DNA of 61,116 nucleotides, filler included, from It is 5 parts of 5 records of this genome, joined end to end, with 100 filler letters (N's around TTAATTAATTAA, not from the genome) between each part and the next. Parts side by side here need not be neighbours in the genome. Positions count along the whole stretch, not along the records: positions 27,544 to 37,692 come from SRR20825010_4713; positions 37,793 to 53,104 come from SRR20825010_4714; 3 more parts are not named here. One strand, 5' to 3'. Shown piece by piece: positions 35,302 to 45,748 of this stretch (position 1 is its first letter; each line of letters starts with the position of its first letter). The notes under the pieces were generated by a model. It saw only the letters and a program-made list of their open reading frames with translations, ran no database searches and was not told where the DNA came from. The position numbers and the translations under genes were made by a program.

Positions 35302-37692
35302 CTATTAAAAACGTTCTAAATCAAGCAAATCTAACCCCTTCACAGTATAAGAACGCATCAAAAGCGGCTGATACTTTAACAAACTTACATCTTGCGCCAG
35401 TTGACGTAGCTGCTGCAGCTCAAGGACTGAAGGAAGCAAATTCTGTCAATGATGCGGTTGGGGCAGGCATTAGTGCAGCACAGGCAGCGACTTCACTTTT
35501 CATCGCAGTTGCACGAGATGTTCCAGTAATTTCAACCGTTTTGAACTTTGGAAGCTTAACAAATAGCTTATCTCAGCTAAAAAAAGAATATGATGGGGGA
35601 TCGATAACAGTTAGTACAGCCGCTTCAGTGCTTGGTGATCTCGCCGCAATTGGCGCTGGTATTGCTGCCGCTGCTGTTGGTGGACCAGCAGGTATTGCAT
35701 TGGGAATTGGTATCAGTGTAATTTCTGCAGGGCTTACTATAGTGTCTATTGCACCCTCGTTAAAAGACGATCTTGCATATCAAAGAAAACTCTCGGAGCT
35801 CCAACCACTTTCTGATAATTATCAGACACCAGGCTTATCTGGTTATATTTCTGACACTTTCAACCTCGACTTCCACACAGCAGCAGCAACCCGCCCCCCT
35901 GTCCTCAGAGACCCATTAGCGATCGACTTGGACGGCGACGGCATCGAAACTGTTGGCATCGGCGCGCCTCCAATCCTTTTTGACAGCAACGCCGATGGCA
36001 TCAGCACTGCCACAGGTTGGGTTGCACCGAATGATGGCTGGCTAGTGCTTGACCGCAACGGGAACGGCACGATTGATTCCGGCCGAGAGCTGTTTGGTGT
36101 AGACACCTTGCTTTCCGGCACCCCGGGCGTGGACGCGATTTACGCGAAAACCGGCTTTGAGGCGCTGACCACACTGGACTCCAACGCAGATAGCAAGTTC
36201 AGCGCTGGCGATGCCACTTTCACAGAAGTGCGTGTTTGGCAAGACCTCAACCAAGACGGAATGAGCCAAAACAACGAACTGTTCACGCTGGCTCAAAAAA
36301 ACATTGCCAGCATTTCGCTCATACCAACACGTACAAGCATCAACTTGGGCAATGGCAATGTGGTAAGTGCCACAGCAGTAGTTACTCGCACAAATGGTAG
36401 CACCACCCTAGCCGAAACTGTGGGAGTAACCACAGACACCACCGCAGCCAATCTCGACCTGAGCAGCAACCCTTTCTACCGAAGTTTCACCACCCCTGTG
36501 ATGTGGAATGAAACCGCCCAAGCCTTGCCAGAAATGCGTGGCTCGGGTTGGGTGCGCGACTTGCGCGAAGCCATGAGCCTTGGTACGGCTGAATCCGCGG
36601 CGCTCACTACACAAGTACAGGCCTTTGCTACCGCCAACACGAGAGATGCGCAAACAGCGCTGTTAGATGATCTGATACGCCTTTGGGCCGCAACCAATCA
36701 AACTCAAGCTCTACCATCGGCACACGATACTCACCGCCGATTTGTGGTGAGTGGAGATGCCTCAACTTCGGCCATGCTGCAAGCCGCAATACCAGTACTG
36801 GAAGTGTTCAACGGAATGAACGTGAACGATGCAGGCATGCAAGTCCCACGCACCCGCACCGGTGCAGATGGACAAACCGTCCTCATTTACAATATTTTCA
36901 ATGACCAAGCGCGCATTATGCTCAAAGCATACAACGAGCTTCTTGAGAGTGTGTATTCAAGCTTGGTGATGCAGACACGACTTGAGCCTTACCTCGATGC
37001 GATTAATATGGTGGTCGGTGACACCGGCATTGAGTTTGATCTGGCCCAACTCAACCTAGCACTTGAATCAGCAAAAACCAATGATCCTCGTTCGGCAATG
37101 ATTGATTTGGTTGAACTCGTCAAATATCAGAACCCCACGCTGAAGTCGGTTGGATTTGATGGGATTGGAACCCTGAGAACATGGATAGACCAATTGGATG
37201 CCAACTCAACTCTGTGGGCAGACTTGGCTGAACTTGGGATAATAATTGGCGATATCAGCACAGGCACCAACCGTGATGACATCTATCTGGGTAACGCTAA
37301 TAACAATACCTTCCACGCAGGACAGGGCAACGACATAATCGACGGAGGCCAAGGGTTTGAAACACTCTACGCTGGCGACGGCGATGATGTTGTAAGTGGG
37401 GGAGCTGGCAACGACGCCGTCTACGGCGATGCAGGCAACGACATACTGGATGGCGGTGCGGGCAACGATTCCCTGAGCGGTGGCGCTGGGGCAGATACCT
37501 ACGTTTTTGGCAAAGGCTCAGGCGCTGACATTGTTTACAACAACGACAACGATGTTGCGGGCACCAACGCCGACACCATTCAGTTGGGTGCGGGCATTGC
37601 CACAACTGACATCACACTGACCCGCAATTCCGATGCGCTTGTCATCCGCATCAACGGCACCGATGACAGCATGACGGTGCAAAGCTACTTCA
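35298..37692 (+). CDS. RTX protein with FrpC-like self-processing module (3'-truncated)
   Basis: D205-P206 in RDPLAIDLDGDGIET, TGWV, DRNGNG.ID.G.ELFG, RVWQDLNQDG; GGxGxD nonapeptide repeats; hemolysin-type Ca-binding-related domain at the contig end. Confidence 0.9.
37290..37530 (+). repeat. RTX Ca2+-binding nonapeptide repeats (coding)
   Basis: AGQGNDIID GGQGFETLY AGDGDDVVS GGAGNDAVY GDAGNDILD GGAGNDSLS GGAGADTYV. Confidence 0.92.
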
Positions 37693-37792
37693 NNNNNNNN
37701 NNNNNNNNNNNNNNNNNNNNNNNNNNNNNNNNNNNNTTAATTAATTAANNNNNNNNNNNNNNNNNNNNNNNNNNNNNNNNNNNNNNNNNNNN
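37693..37792. other. Artificial contig linker
   Basis: N run + TTAATTAATTAA + N run. Confidence 0.98.
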
Positions 37793-38509
37793 CCAGCCGG
37801 TCATGCAGAAATATTTCGAGAAACTGTTGATAACGATTGCCTGATCGTCGCTCTCAAGCGCCGACACGGAGCGGATACCGAAATCAATCCCGTTATAGAT
37901 TTCGTCCGAGACCAGCCTGATGCCCTTGTCCCGGCAATAGCGGGTCAGCGCCGCCATTTCCTCCTCCCCAAGCATCGTGCCGGTCGGGTTGGAGGGGCTG
38001 GCAATGATCAGGCCGTCCAGCTCTCCCTCGACCGCGTCCAGCAATGCCGGTGTCGGCTGGTAACGATGCTCGCGCTCCGTCTCCAGCAGCACGGGCTCGA
38101 CGCCAAGCGCGGACAGGATATTGCGGTAGGCCGGATATCCCGGCGACGCCATGGCAACGCGATCACCAACATCGAAAGCCGCGAGAAAGGCGATCTGGAA
38201 AGCACCGGAAGAACCGGTCGTCACCATGATCCGTGACGGGTCCAGAGAAACGCCGTACCAGCTTTTATAGTGCTGTGCGATCCGCTCCCGCAGCGGGGGC
38301 AGGCCCGCCGCGAGCGTGTAGCCGATCCGGTCGTCATCCAGCGCTTTTCTTGCCGCTTCCAGAACCCCCTTCGGGGCCGGCGTGGATGGCTGGCCGACTT
38401 CAAGATGCAGCACATCCTTACCGGCATTCTCCAGACGCCCGGCTTCTTCCATCACATCCATGACGATGAAGGCGGGAACATCTCCCCGCCGGGATATTTT
38501 CAGGGTCAC
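37793..38509 (-). CDS. PLP-dependent class I/II aminotransferase (3'-truncated)
   Basis: HLEVGQP, SPSNPTG, SDEIY, NSFSKYFCMTGW. Confidence 0.92.
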
Positions 38510-38528
38510 GGGCTTGCCTTTCAGCTTG

Positions 38529-40091
38529 TTATTTGGCGCCTTCGAAGAGGATCATGCCGCGTCCACGCGGATCGTCGGCAATGCCGCAATCCTTGTCGCT
38601 GCGCGGGATTCCCTCCTTGCAGCGGAACAGACGCACGGCGCCTATCGGCTGGGAGGCTGGTTGTACCGGATAGCCCGCGCTGGCGGCGAGTGCTCCGGCT
38701 GCCGGTGCGATACCGGACTCGACTGAAATCACGTCCGCCGCCGGATCGAAATGGGAGCGCGGCGCAGCCACGGCGGCGGCCATCTCCTCTTTGCCAAGAT
38801 AGTGCCGGGCAATCGACGGGATCAGGGCGGAGATCGCTTGCCTGCCACCGGTCGCCATCGCGGTCATGTGGACCTGCCAGGCGTTGGTGTTGCCTGCGAT
38901 CACTGCGGCGGCCAGCGGAGGATTGGGAGCGGGCAGCGCCGGTGCCGGAATAAATCCGAGATCCGGAAGTGCCTGCCCCGTACCAAAGGGGGTATTCATG
39001 GTCAGCGCGCAGCCAACCGACATACCGGTGCGGTCGGTGATGGCAAAACTCGTCGCACCGGACCGCGAATCCCCGCCAAACAAAGAGGCCGCGCCAGGCG
39101 TTGGCGTGGTGCGGGTGGCCCCGGGATGGAAATTGTCAAACAATCGAGCGGCCGCGTCCGCGCTCGAATCGACATCGCCATTCGCCACTGCGTTGGCGGA
39201 GCGGACTTCCATCTCAGCCAGCATCAGCGGGTCCATGTCCTGCGGCGCGGACGACCAGTCGGCTTCATGAAGGGCAAGAGAAAGCGTCTTTTCGATCAAG
39301 GCGCTATCTGCGACACGGCTGGCCGCGACGGCCCAGACATGATTGTCGAAACCGACGCCCCCGGCATCAGTCCAGACCGGTACGACATTGCGCAGACGGG
39401 CCTGATCAACGCCGTAACCAGCAGATTCCGCACTCGCTATGAAACGGCGGGCGAGCTGACCCGAATAGAGATCACCGATCCCGGCGACCCGTAACCGGCC
39501 AAAGGTAGAGGCAAGATCCAGCTGGATCAGAGAGCTACCTGCCTGCAACACGGCGCCATTCGGTGCGAGGACATTCGGGCGTCCCGGTCCCGACGGCCGT
39601 AATACGGATCCGTCACGCACCAGATCCTCCGCGAGGCGGCGGGAAACCGGCTCGCCAAACCGGGCGAGCTGTTCCGAGACACCGATCAGCTGTGTGATCG
39701 GCAGGCGGCCATAGCGGGCATGCAGGGCGAATATCGCGCGCGGCCCAAGCGGAGCGGCAATTGCATTCTGCTCATCAGACACGGGCTGAGGCAGGAATGA
39801 AAGACGTTCGAACCGCTTGCTCTCCGGATCGAAAGCGAGACAGGAACCGCCCGCCCCGAGGCCTGCGGAAGACGGCAATGTCACGGCCAGGGTGAAATAG
39901 GCAGAGACAGCAGCGTCGGCAGCAGTGCCGCCCTGGACCAGTACATCCTGGGCGATAACGGCCGCCCGCGGCTCATCCACAGCGACGGATCCGAAGAAGC
40001 CTTCAGTAACCTCGATGGCCTCGTCGCTCGCGCAGCCCGCAAGCAATCCGGCGCAAAGCGCCAATGCCACGGGCACGGTCCTCTTAAACAT
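38529..40091 (-). CDS. Gamma-glutamyltransferase-family lipoprotein, divergent
   Basis: LAGC lipobox; GGTAADAAV, P.SAGLGAGG, LHARYGRL, terminal DPRGRG; nucleophile position appears to be Ala. Confidence 0.8.
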   Translation of the reverse strand: MFKRTVPVALALCAGLLAGCASDEAIEVTEGFFGSVAVDEPRAAVIAQDVLVQGGTAADAAVSAYFTLAVTLPSSAGLGAGGSCLAFDPESKRFERLSFLPQPVSDEQNAIAAPLGPRAIFALHARYGRLPITQLIGVSEQLARFGEPVSRRLAEDLVRDGSVLRPSGPGRPNVLAPNGAVLQAGSSLIQLDLASTFGRLRVAGIGDLYSGQLARRFIASAESAGYGVDQARLRNVVPVWTDAGGVGFDNHVWAVAASRVADSALIEKTLSLALHEADWSSAPQDMDPLMLAEMEVRSANAVANGDVDSSADAAARLFDNFHPGATRTTPTPGAASLFGGDSRSGATSFAITDRTGMSVGCALTMNTPFGTGQALPDLGFIPAPALPAPNPPLAAAVIAGNTNAWQVHMTAMATGGRQAISALIPSIARHYLGKEEMAAAVAAPRSHFDPAADVISVESGIAPAAGALAASAGYPVQPASQPIGAVRLFRCKEGIPRSDKDCGIADDPRGRGMILFEGAK

Positions 40092-40188
40092 AACGTCCTC
40101 TCAAATCGCCGCTGGCTATTGAATGCAGCCCCGGACTCGCGCACATTACAAGACCATGCACGGTACCAACAGGCTCGGACCCAAATCC

Positions 40189-41559
40189 ATGAAGTGCAAA
40201 GCCCTAGTTGGCAAGCATCTAATTATGTTCGTTTTTGCGCTGACCATTCTTGCCGGATGGTCCCGGCCCGCGGATGCGCGATCCTATATTACCGATACGG
40301 AGATCGAACTTTATATCCGCAAGCTTGCAACCCCGGTCTTCCAGAGCGCAGGCCTGTCACCTTCAGCCATCGACCTCTATTTCATCAATGACGATACGCT
40401 GAATGCCTTCGTCGCCGGCGGTCAGAACATTTTCTTCCATACCGGCCTGCTGATGGCGACGGAAACACCGGAACAGCTGCTCGGCGTGATCGCGCATGAA
40501 ACCGGCCACATTGCCGGCGGCCATCTGGCGCGGAGCGGAGAGATCCTCCGCAATGCCAGCCAGAACGCTCTGCTCGGTATTATCCTTGGCGCCGGCGCCG
40601 CTCTAGCAACGGGCCGCGGCGACGCCGCGACTGCGATTATCCAGGGCAGCCAGGCAGCCGTTCAGGGCTCGTTGCTGCAATATAGCCGGGCGCAGGAATC
40701 CTCGGCCGACCAGGCGGGTATCCGTTTCCTCGAAAGCAATCACGAATCCTCGAGGGGCATGCTGGAATTCCTCTCAACCCTGAGCGGTCAGGAATTGCTG
40801 AGCGGCCGCAGCCGGTCGCCCTATGCCAGCACCCACCCGCTGACCCGGGACCGGATTGCCTTTGTCGAGGAGCAGGTTAAAAACTCCCGCTACAGCGACG
40901 AAAAACTGCCGGAAGATTTGCAGCAAAAGCACCGCCGCATGGTCGCCAAGCTGCATGGTTTCATCCGTTCCCCGGCCCGCACATTCAAGGCCTATCCAGA
41001 CACGGACACGTCGGTGGAAGCCCGCTATGCCCGCGCCGTGGCCACCTACCGGCTGCCGGATGCCGAGAAGGCCGTCAGCCTGGTCGACGATCTGCTGGCG
41101 GACTATCCGGGCGATCCATATTTCTACGAGCTGAAGGGCCAGATCCAGTTCGAAGACGCCAAACCGGCCGAGGCGGAAGTTGCCTATCGCAAGGCGCATG
41201 AGGCATTGCCCGACGCTCCCAGGATCGAGCTGGAGCTGTCACGGGTCCTGCTTGCCCTCGATACGCCGGAAAAGGATCAGGAGGCACAGACGCATCTCGA
41301 GCATGTCGTGCAGCTCATTCCGAATTCGACCTTTGCATGGCGGCAGCTTGCCATTGCCTATGGACGAAACGGAGAACATGGCATGTCCGCTCTTGCCCTT
41401 GCAGAAGAAGCTTTCCGCGCTGGCCAGGAACATGACGCGGCCCTGCAGGCGAACCGGGCAAAGCAGAAACTCAAGCCGCATACGGAAGCCTGGCTGCGGG
41501 CCTCCGACATCGAGGAACTTTCGACTCCGCGCGACCGGGAGCGGAAGAAGAAAAACTAG
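40189..41559 (+). CDS. M48 metalloprotease with TPR repeats (BepA/YfgC-like; start uncertain)
   Basis: NAFVAGG, HETGH, YSRAQESSAD, STHP. Confidence 0.9.
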   Translation: MKCKALVGKHLIMFVFALTILAGWSRPADARSYITDTEIELYIRKLATPVFQSAGLSPSAIDLYFINDDTLNAFVAGGQNIFFHTGLLMATETPEQLLGVIAHETGHIAGGHLARSGEILRNASQNALLGIILGAGAALATGRGDAATAIIQGSQAAVQGSLLQYSRAQESSADQAGIRFLESNHESSRGMLEFLSTLSGQELLSGRSRSPYASTHPLTRDRIAFVEEQVKNSRYSDEKLPEDLQQKHRRMVAKLHGFIRSPARTFKAYPDTDTSVEARYARAVATYRLPDAEKAVSLVDDLLADYPGDPYFYELKGQIQFEDAKPAEAEVAYRKAHEALPDAPRIELELSRVLLALDTPEKDQEAQTHLEHVVQLIPNSTFAWRQLAIAYGRNGEHGMSALALAEEAFRAGQEHDAALQANRAKQKLKPHTEAWLRASDIEELSTPRDRERKKKN

Positions 41560-41661
41560 CTCCAACCTTCCCATGCTCAATACGCAATAACAATAACGTG
41601 GCTTGTCAGCGCTGGCGGGCCGCATCACATTTGCGCACTCACATGCGTCAATGAAGAAAGC

Positions 41662-42459
41662 ATGACCGGAAAGGTACGCACGATGACCGCCAGGACGACC
41701 CTCACGACATTCCGCAGAGCGTTGATACCGGCGCTGGCCCTTGCCGCCAGCCTGACGGTTTTCCCGGCCGGCCAGCCGGCTGTTGCCGCGGAGCCCTTTT
41801 CAGCGGACCAGAAGTCGGCGCTCGACAGCGCCATCCGCGATTACATCATGGCGCATCCGGAAGTGATCGTTGAATCCCTGAACGCCATGCAAGCGCGCCA
41901 GGAACTGGCACAGAAGGAAAGCCAGCGCGACGCGCTCACAAAGCTTCAGGACCAGATCGTGGGTAACCCGAAAGACCCGGTGATCGGAAATCCGGATGGC
42001 GATGTCACAGTCGTCGAGTTTTTCGACTACCAGTGCGGTTACTGCAAACGCATGGTCGACCCGGTGATGCAACTGCTGAAACAGGACCCGAATGTCCGCT
42101 GGGTCATGAAGGAATTCCCGATCCTCGGCCCGGCATCGGTTACCGCGGCACAGGCCTCCATCGCGGCCCGGAATCAGGGCGCCTACCAGGAATTTCACAT
42201 CGCGCTCATGGCCTATCGTGGACGGCTCAGCGATGCCGTTGTGCTTCAGACGGCACGTGAAGTTGGCCTCGACCTGGACAAACTGAAGGCCGATATGGCG
42301 TCCGCCGAGACGCAGAGCACCATCCAGGAAGCCGTTGTACTTGCCCGATCTCTCGGCGTGAATGGAACACCGGCCTTTATCGTCGGCGAGGAGCTGCTGC
42401 CCGGTGCCGTCAGCCTCGATACACTGGTCGAGCAGATCGAAGCCGCCCGTAAAAGCTAG
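41662..42459 (+). CDS. DsbA-family (Com1-like) thiol-disulfide protein
   Basis: EFFDYQCGYCK, KEFPILG, GTPAFIVG. Confidence 0.92.
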   Translation: MTGKVRTMTARTTLTTFRRALIPALALAASLTVFPAGQPAVAAEPFSADQKSALDSAIRDYIMAHPEVIVESLNAMQARQELAQKESQRDALTKLQDQIVGNPKDPVIGNPDGDVTVVEFFDYQCGYCKRMVDPVMQLLKQDPNVRWVMKEFPILGPASVTAAQASIAARNQGAYQEFHIALMAYRGRLSDAVVLQTAREVGLDLDKLKADMASAETQSTIQEAVVLARSLGVNGTPAFIVGEELLPGAVSLDTLVEQIEAARKS

Positions 42460-42474
42460 GCTGGAGGAGCCGGG

Positions 42475-43731
42475 TTAAGGACCGCTTGCAGGGTCGGACG
42501 GCGGAATATCCCGGACCCGGCTGTAGAATGCGGCTGCAACCACGATCAACCCGGCGACACAGGCAAAGACAAGCCTGTACGCCAGGTCGGAGCCGCCACC
42601 GGCAATATCCACGACCAGTCCGGTGATCCATTGCGTGAAGAAGATCGTGCCAACGCCGACAAGGCTCATGGCGGTAATCGCCCGGCCCGCCAGATGATTT
42701 GGCACGAACCCCCGGCAATGCGCGGCCAGAACAACGAAGAACGGTGAGACAAAGCCGAAGGCAATCAGTAGCAGCATGGCGCCCCAGAGCGGCGGCTGCG
42801 GGATCACCGTCATGACGCCGAGCAAAAGCACCATAAGCACGCAACTGCCAAGCACCACACGCTTGCGGGAGTTCATAATCCGGTCCAGCGGACCGAAGCC
42901 CAGAGTCCCGGCATTTTGCGCCAGAACCATGGCGAGCAGCGCATAACCGGCTTCGGTTTGCCCAAGGCCGTGAACTTCCTTAAGGTATGGTCCGGCCCAG
43001 AGGCCGCCGACGGTGGCAAAAGGCGCGGCAAAACAGCTTGCCATGATCAGGGTCCCGCGAAGATCGCGATCACGCAGCATTGTCAGGATTGCCGAAAAAG
43101 CCTGGCCGAGACTTTCCGGCGGCCGTTCCGGGCGGGCAACACCGGGCGGGTGATCCTGGCCCCAGAGAAAGATCAGGATCGTCACCAGGAGGATCGCCGA
43201 GGCAAGAAGCAGGAACGTCACCGTGAACCCGGCTTGCTGCAGCATGATGGCGAGCGGAGCCGTTGCAAGCAGGCCGCTTGTCGCCCCGGAAAGAGCGATA
43301 AGCCGCGCTGAAACCGTGGCCACACGGTCCGGAGTGACCCAGCCAAGCACGATCAGATAAACGGTTGTCACGGCACCCGCATGGCCAAAGCCGAGAAGCA
43401 CCCGCCCTCCAACCAATCCCGCCGCATTATCAGAGACCGCGAAGAGCACCATCCCGCACACAGCGATCAGGCTCAGAGCCGACGTGGTGAGACGCGCACC
43501 ATAACGATCGAACAGCACCCCCATCGGGATCTGTATGAAAGCCGCGGCAAGCGACATGATGCCGATGACCACCCCGATCTCTGCCGGGGAAATGCCGCGC
43601 TGCTCAATCAGGGCATTGGCGATCACACCGCCACCAAGGCGGTTGATCTGCACCAATGTCAGAAACGCGCACAGAATAAAGAAAACCCGCGCGGCACCGC
43701 TGCGCACGGCATGTCCGGTAGCGCCTGTCAT
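42475..43731 (-). CDS. MFS transporter
   Basis: About 12 hydrophobic segments, GVLFDRYGAR motif A, GLWAGPYL. Confidence 0.88.
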   Translation of the reverse strand: MTGATGHAVRSGAARVFFILCAFLTLVQINRLGGGVIANALIEQRGISPAEIGVVIGIMSLAAAFIQIPMGVLFDRYGARLTTSALSLIAVCGMVLFAVSDNAAGLVGGRVLLGFGHAGAVTTVYLIVLGWVTPDRVATVSARLIALSGATSGLLATAPLAIMLQQAGFTVTFLLLASAILLVTILIFLWGQDHPPGVARPERPPESLGQAFSAILTMLRDRDLRGTLIMASCFAAPFATVGGLWAGPYLKEVHGLGQTEAGYALLAMVLAQNAGTLGFGPLDRIMNSRKRVVLGSCVLMVLLLGVMTVIPQPPLWGAMLLLIAFGFVSPFFVVLAAHCRGFVPNHLAGRAITAMSLVGVGTIFFTQWITGLVVDIAGGGSDLAYRLVFACVAGLIVVAAAFYSRVRDIPPSDPASGP

Positions 43732-43888
43732 AAGACGCCCCCGGACCTGCCGGCACCGCGGAGTGCCCGGAACTGCAACAGCGGAACCATGAATACTCCG
43801 TTCAAATATGCGACAGCCCGCCAGCATCGGCCGGCGGGCTGCATATAGAAGCGAAGAGCGAATTCACCGTCCGGTCAAGCGCCTTCTG

Positions 43889-44980
43889 TCAGGCGTCGAG
43901 AACCCCGCGCTTGACCTGGTCCTGTTCAATGGATTCGAAAAGCGCCTTGAAATTGCCCTCGCCGAAACCTTCATCTCCCTTGCGCTGAATCAGTTCGAAG
44001 AAAATCGGCCCGATCACCGTCTCGGTGAAGATCTGCAGCAGCAGACCGCCATCCTCGGTTGGCGCACCATCGATAAGAATCCCGTGCTGCTTCAGATCCG
44101 CGACATTCTCGCCATGCCCGGGCAGCCTTTCGTCCAGCATTTCATAATATGTGTCGGGCGGAGGAGCCATGAACCTGGAGCCTGCCGCCTTGAGCGCTTC
44201 GACACTGGCGAAAATATCGTCGGTCGCCATCGCGATATGCTGGATGCCCTCGCCCTTATAGGCGTTGAGATATTCTTCGATCTGCGATTTGTCGTCGGCG
44301 GATTCGTTGATCGGAATCCGGATCTTGCCACATGGGCTGGTCATCGCCTTGGACTTCAGACCGGTCAACTTGCCCTCAATATCGAAATACCGGATCTCAC
44401 GAAAATTGAAGAGCTTCTCGTAAAAGTTGGCCCATACATCCATCCGCCCGCGATGCACGTTGTGGGTCAGGTGATCGACCATCGTAAAACCGGCTCCGGC
44501 AGGCACCTGCTCCACACCATCCAGCGGCACGAAATCGACGTCATAGATGGTCGGCCCGCCATACCGGTCAACCAGATAGATCAGGCTGTCGCCGATACCG
44601 TGGATCGCCGGAATATTGAGCTCCATCGGCCCGACCTTGCCTTCGAACGGCCGGGCACCGAGTTTCAGAGCACGGTCATACGCCGCCGCAGCATTCTTTA
44701 CGCGGAACGCAATGGCGCAGCAGGACGGGCCATGCACCCGGGCGAAAGACTGGGCGAAACTGTCCGGCTCCCCGTTGACGATGAAGTTCACGCCGCCCTG
44801 CCGGAAAAGCGTCACGTCCTTGGACCGGTGCCGGGCAACAGCAGTAAAGCCGAGGGTCAGGAACAGCGTCTTCAGGTTTTCCGGGTCCGGCGCGGTATAT
44901 TCAACAAACTCGAAACCATCGGTCGCCATCGGATTGTCGATGGTGCCGCCTGGAATTGGGGGAAGTGTTTCCGATGCCAT
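43889..44980 (-). CDS. hppD: 4-hydroxyphenylpyruvate dioxygenase
   Basis: [50 protein letters not shown]. Confidence 0.96.
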   Translation of the reverse strand: MASETLPPIPGGTIDNPMATDGFEFVEYTAPDPENLKTLFLTLGFTAVARHRSKDVTLFRQGGVNFIVNGEPDSFAQSFARVHGPSCCAIAFRVKNAAAAYDRALKLGARPFEGKVGPMELNIPAIHGIGDSLIYLVDRYGGPTIYDVDFVPLDGVEQVPAGAGFTMVDHLTHNVHRGRMDVWANFYEKLFNFREIRYFDIEGKLTGLKSKAMTSPCGKIRIPINESADDKSQIEEYLNAYKGEGIQHIAMATDDIFASVEALKAAGSRFMAPPPDTYYEMLDERLPGHGENVADLKQHGILIDGAPTEDGGLLLQIFTETVIGPIFFELIQRKGDEGFGEGNFKALFESIEQDQVKRGVLDA

Positions 44981-45063
44981 GAATGTCTCCTCCGGCCTGC
45001 CTCCGGCCTCGGCTCCCGCTTGACAGTGCAGCGGCGAGAACGGAACGTCAGGGCAGATCACAT

Positions 45064-45083
45064 TTAGTTACATATGAAACTAA
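45064..45083. promoter_or_regulatory. MarR-type operator between divergent hppD and marR
   Basis: TTAGTTACATATGAAACTAA, palindrome with one mismatched pair. Confidence 0.7.
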
Positions 45084-45090
45084 TTAAGGA

Positions 45091-45597
45091 TTGCGCGTGC
45101 AGAGTCAAGACACCGACGTCGATACCTCCGGCAATGCGATGCCAGCCAAACAGGGCTTTGCTCTCGACAATTTTCTGCCCTATCGGCTGGCGCTGCTTTC
45201 ATCACTGGTCTCGCGCAGCATCCAGAAGCTGTATGCGTCGGAGTTCGATATCAGCATCCCCGAATGGCGACTCGTGGCCATTCTCGGCAGTGATGGCCCC
45301 ATGACGTCGAACGATATCCGGCAACGAGCCGCGATGGATAAGGTTCAGGTCAGCCGCGCCGCAGCAAAATTGCTGGAAGGGGGGCATATCCGGAAACAGG
45401 TTCACCCTGATGACCGGCGCCGGGCAATATTATCCCTCTCCGAAAGCGGCCAGATGATTTACAACCAAATCGTGCCGATCGCACTCGAGAGAGAGGAGCA
45501 CCTTGCCTCAATCCTCACCCCGGAAGAGAAAGACACGTTAATTCAATTATTGGAAAAATTGACAAAAATGGCTCAGAATATGACGACCACTCCGTAA
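45091..45597 (+). CDS. MarR-family regulator (likely controls hppD; start uncertain)
   Basis: FLPYRL, ISIPEWR, MDKVQVSRA, DDRRR. Confidence 0.9.
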   Translation: MRVQSQDTDVDTSGNAMPAKQGFALDNFLPYRLALLSSLVSRSIQKLYASEFDISIPEWRLVAILGSDGPMTSNDIRQRAAMDKVQVSRAAAKLLEGGHIRKQVHPDDRRRAILSLSESGQMIYNQIVPIALEREEHLASILTPEEKDTLIQLLEKLTKMAQNMTTTP

Positions 45598-45748
45598 AGG
45601 TGGTTATCAGGACGTCCAGGTTTCAGAATAGCCCTCTTCCACACGCAGTTTATTGCCTCAACCATTGCGGCATGATATCCGGATTCCCATCGAGGTTCGC
45701 GCATTCGCGCTTTGGACCACGTCCAAGCTCTTGGAAAGAGTTCAGGCA

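Noticed and set aside
35298-37692. Classical HlyA-type hemolysin call
   Set aside because: No acyltransferase gene is visible, the ABC is PrtD-type, and the architecture is a short N-domain plus SPM as in FrpC. The region downstream of the gene is not visible.
43808-45067. 419-aa ORF antisense to hppD
   Set aside because: Shadow ORF typical of GC-rich coding DNA; no recognisable motifs, while hppD is unambiguous.
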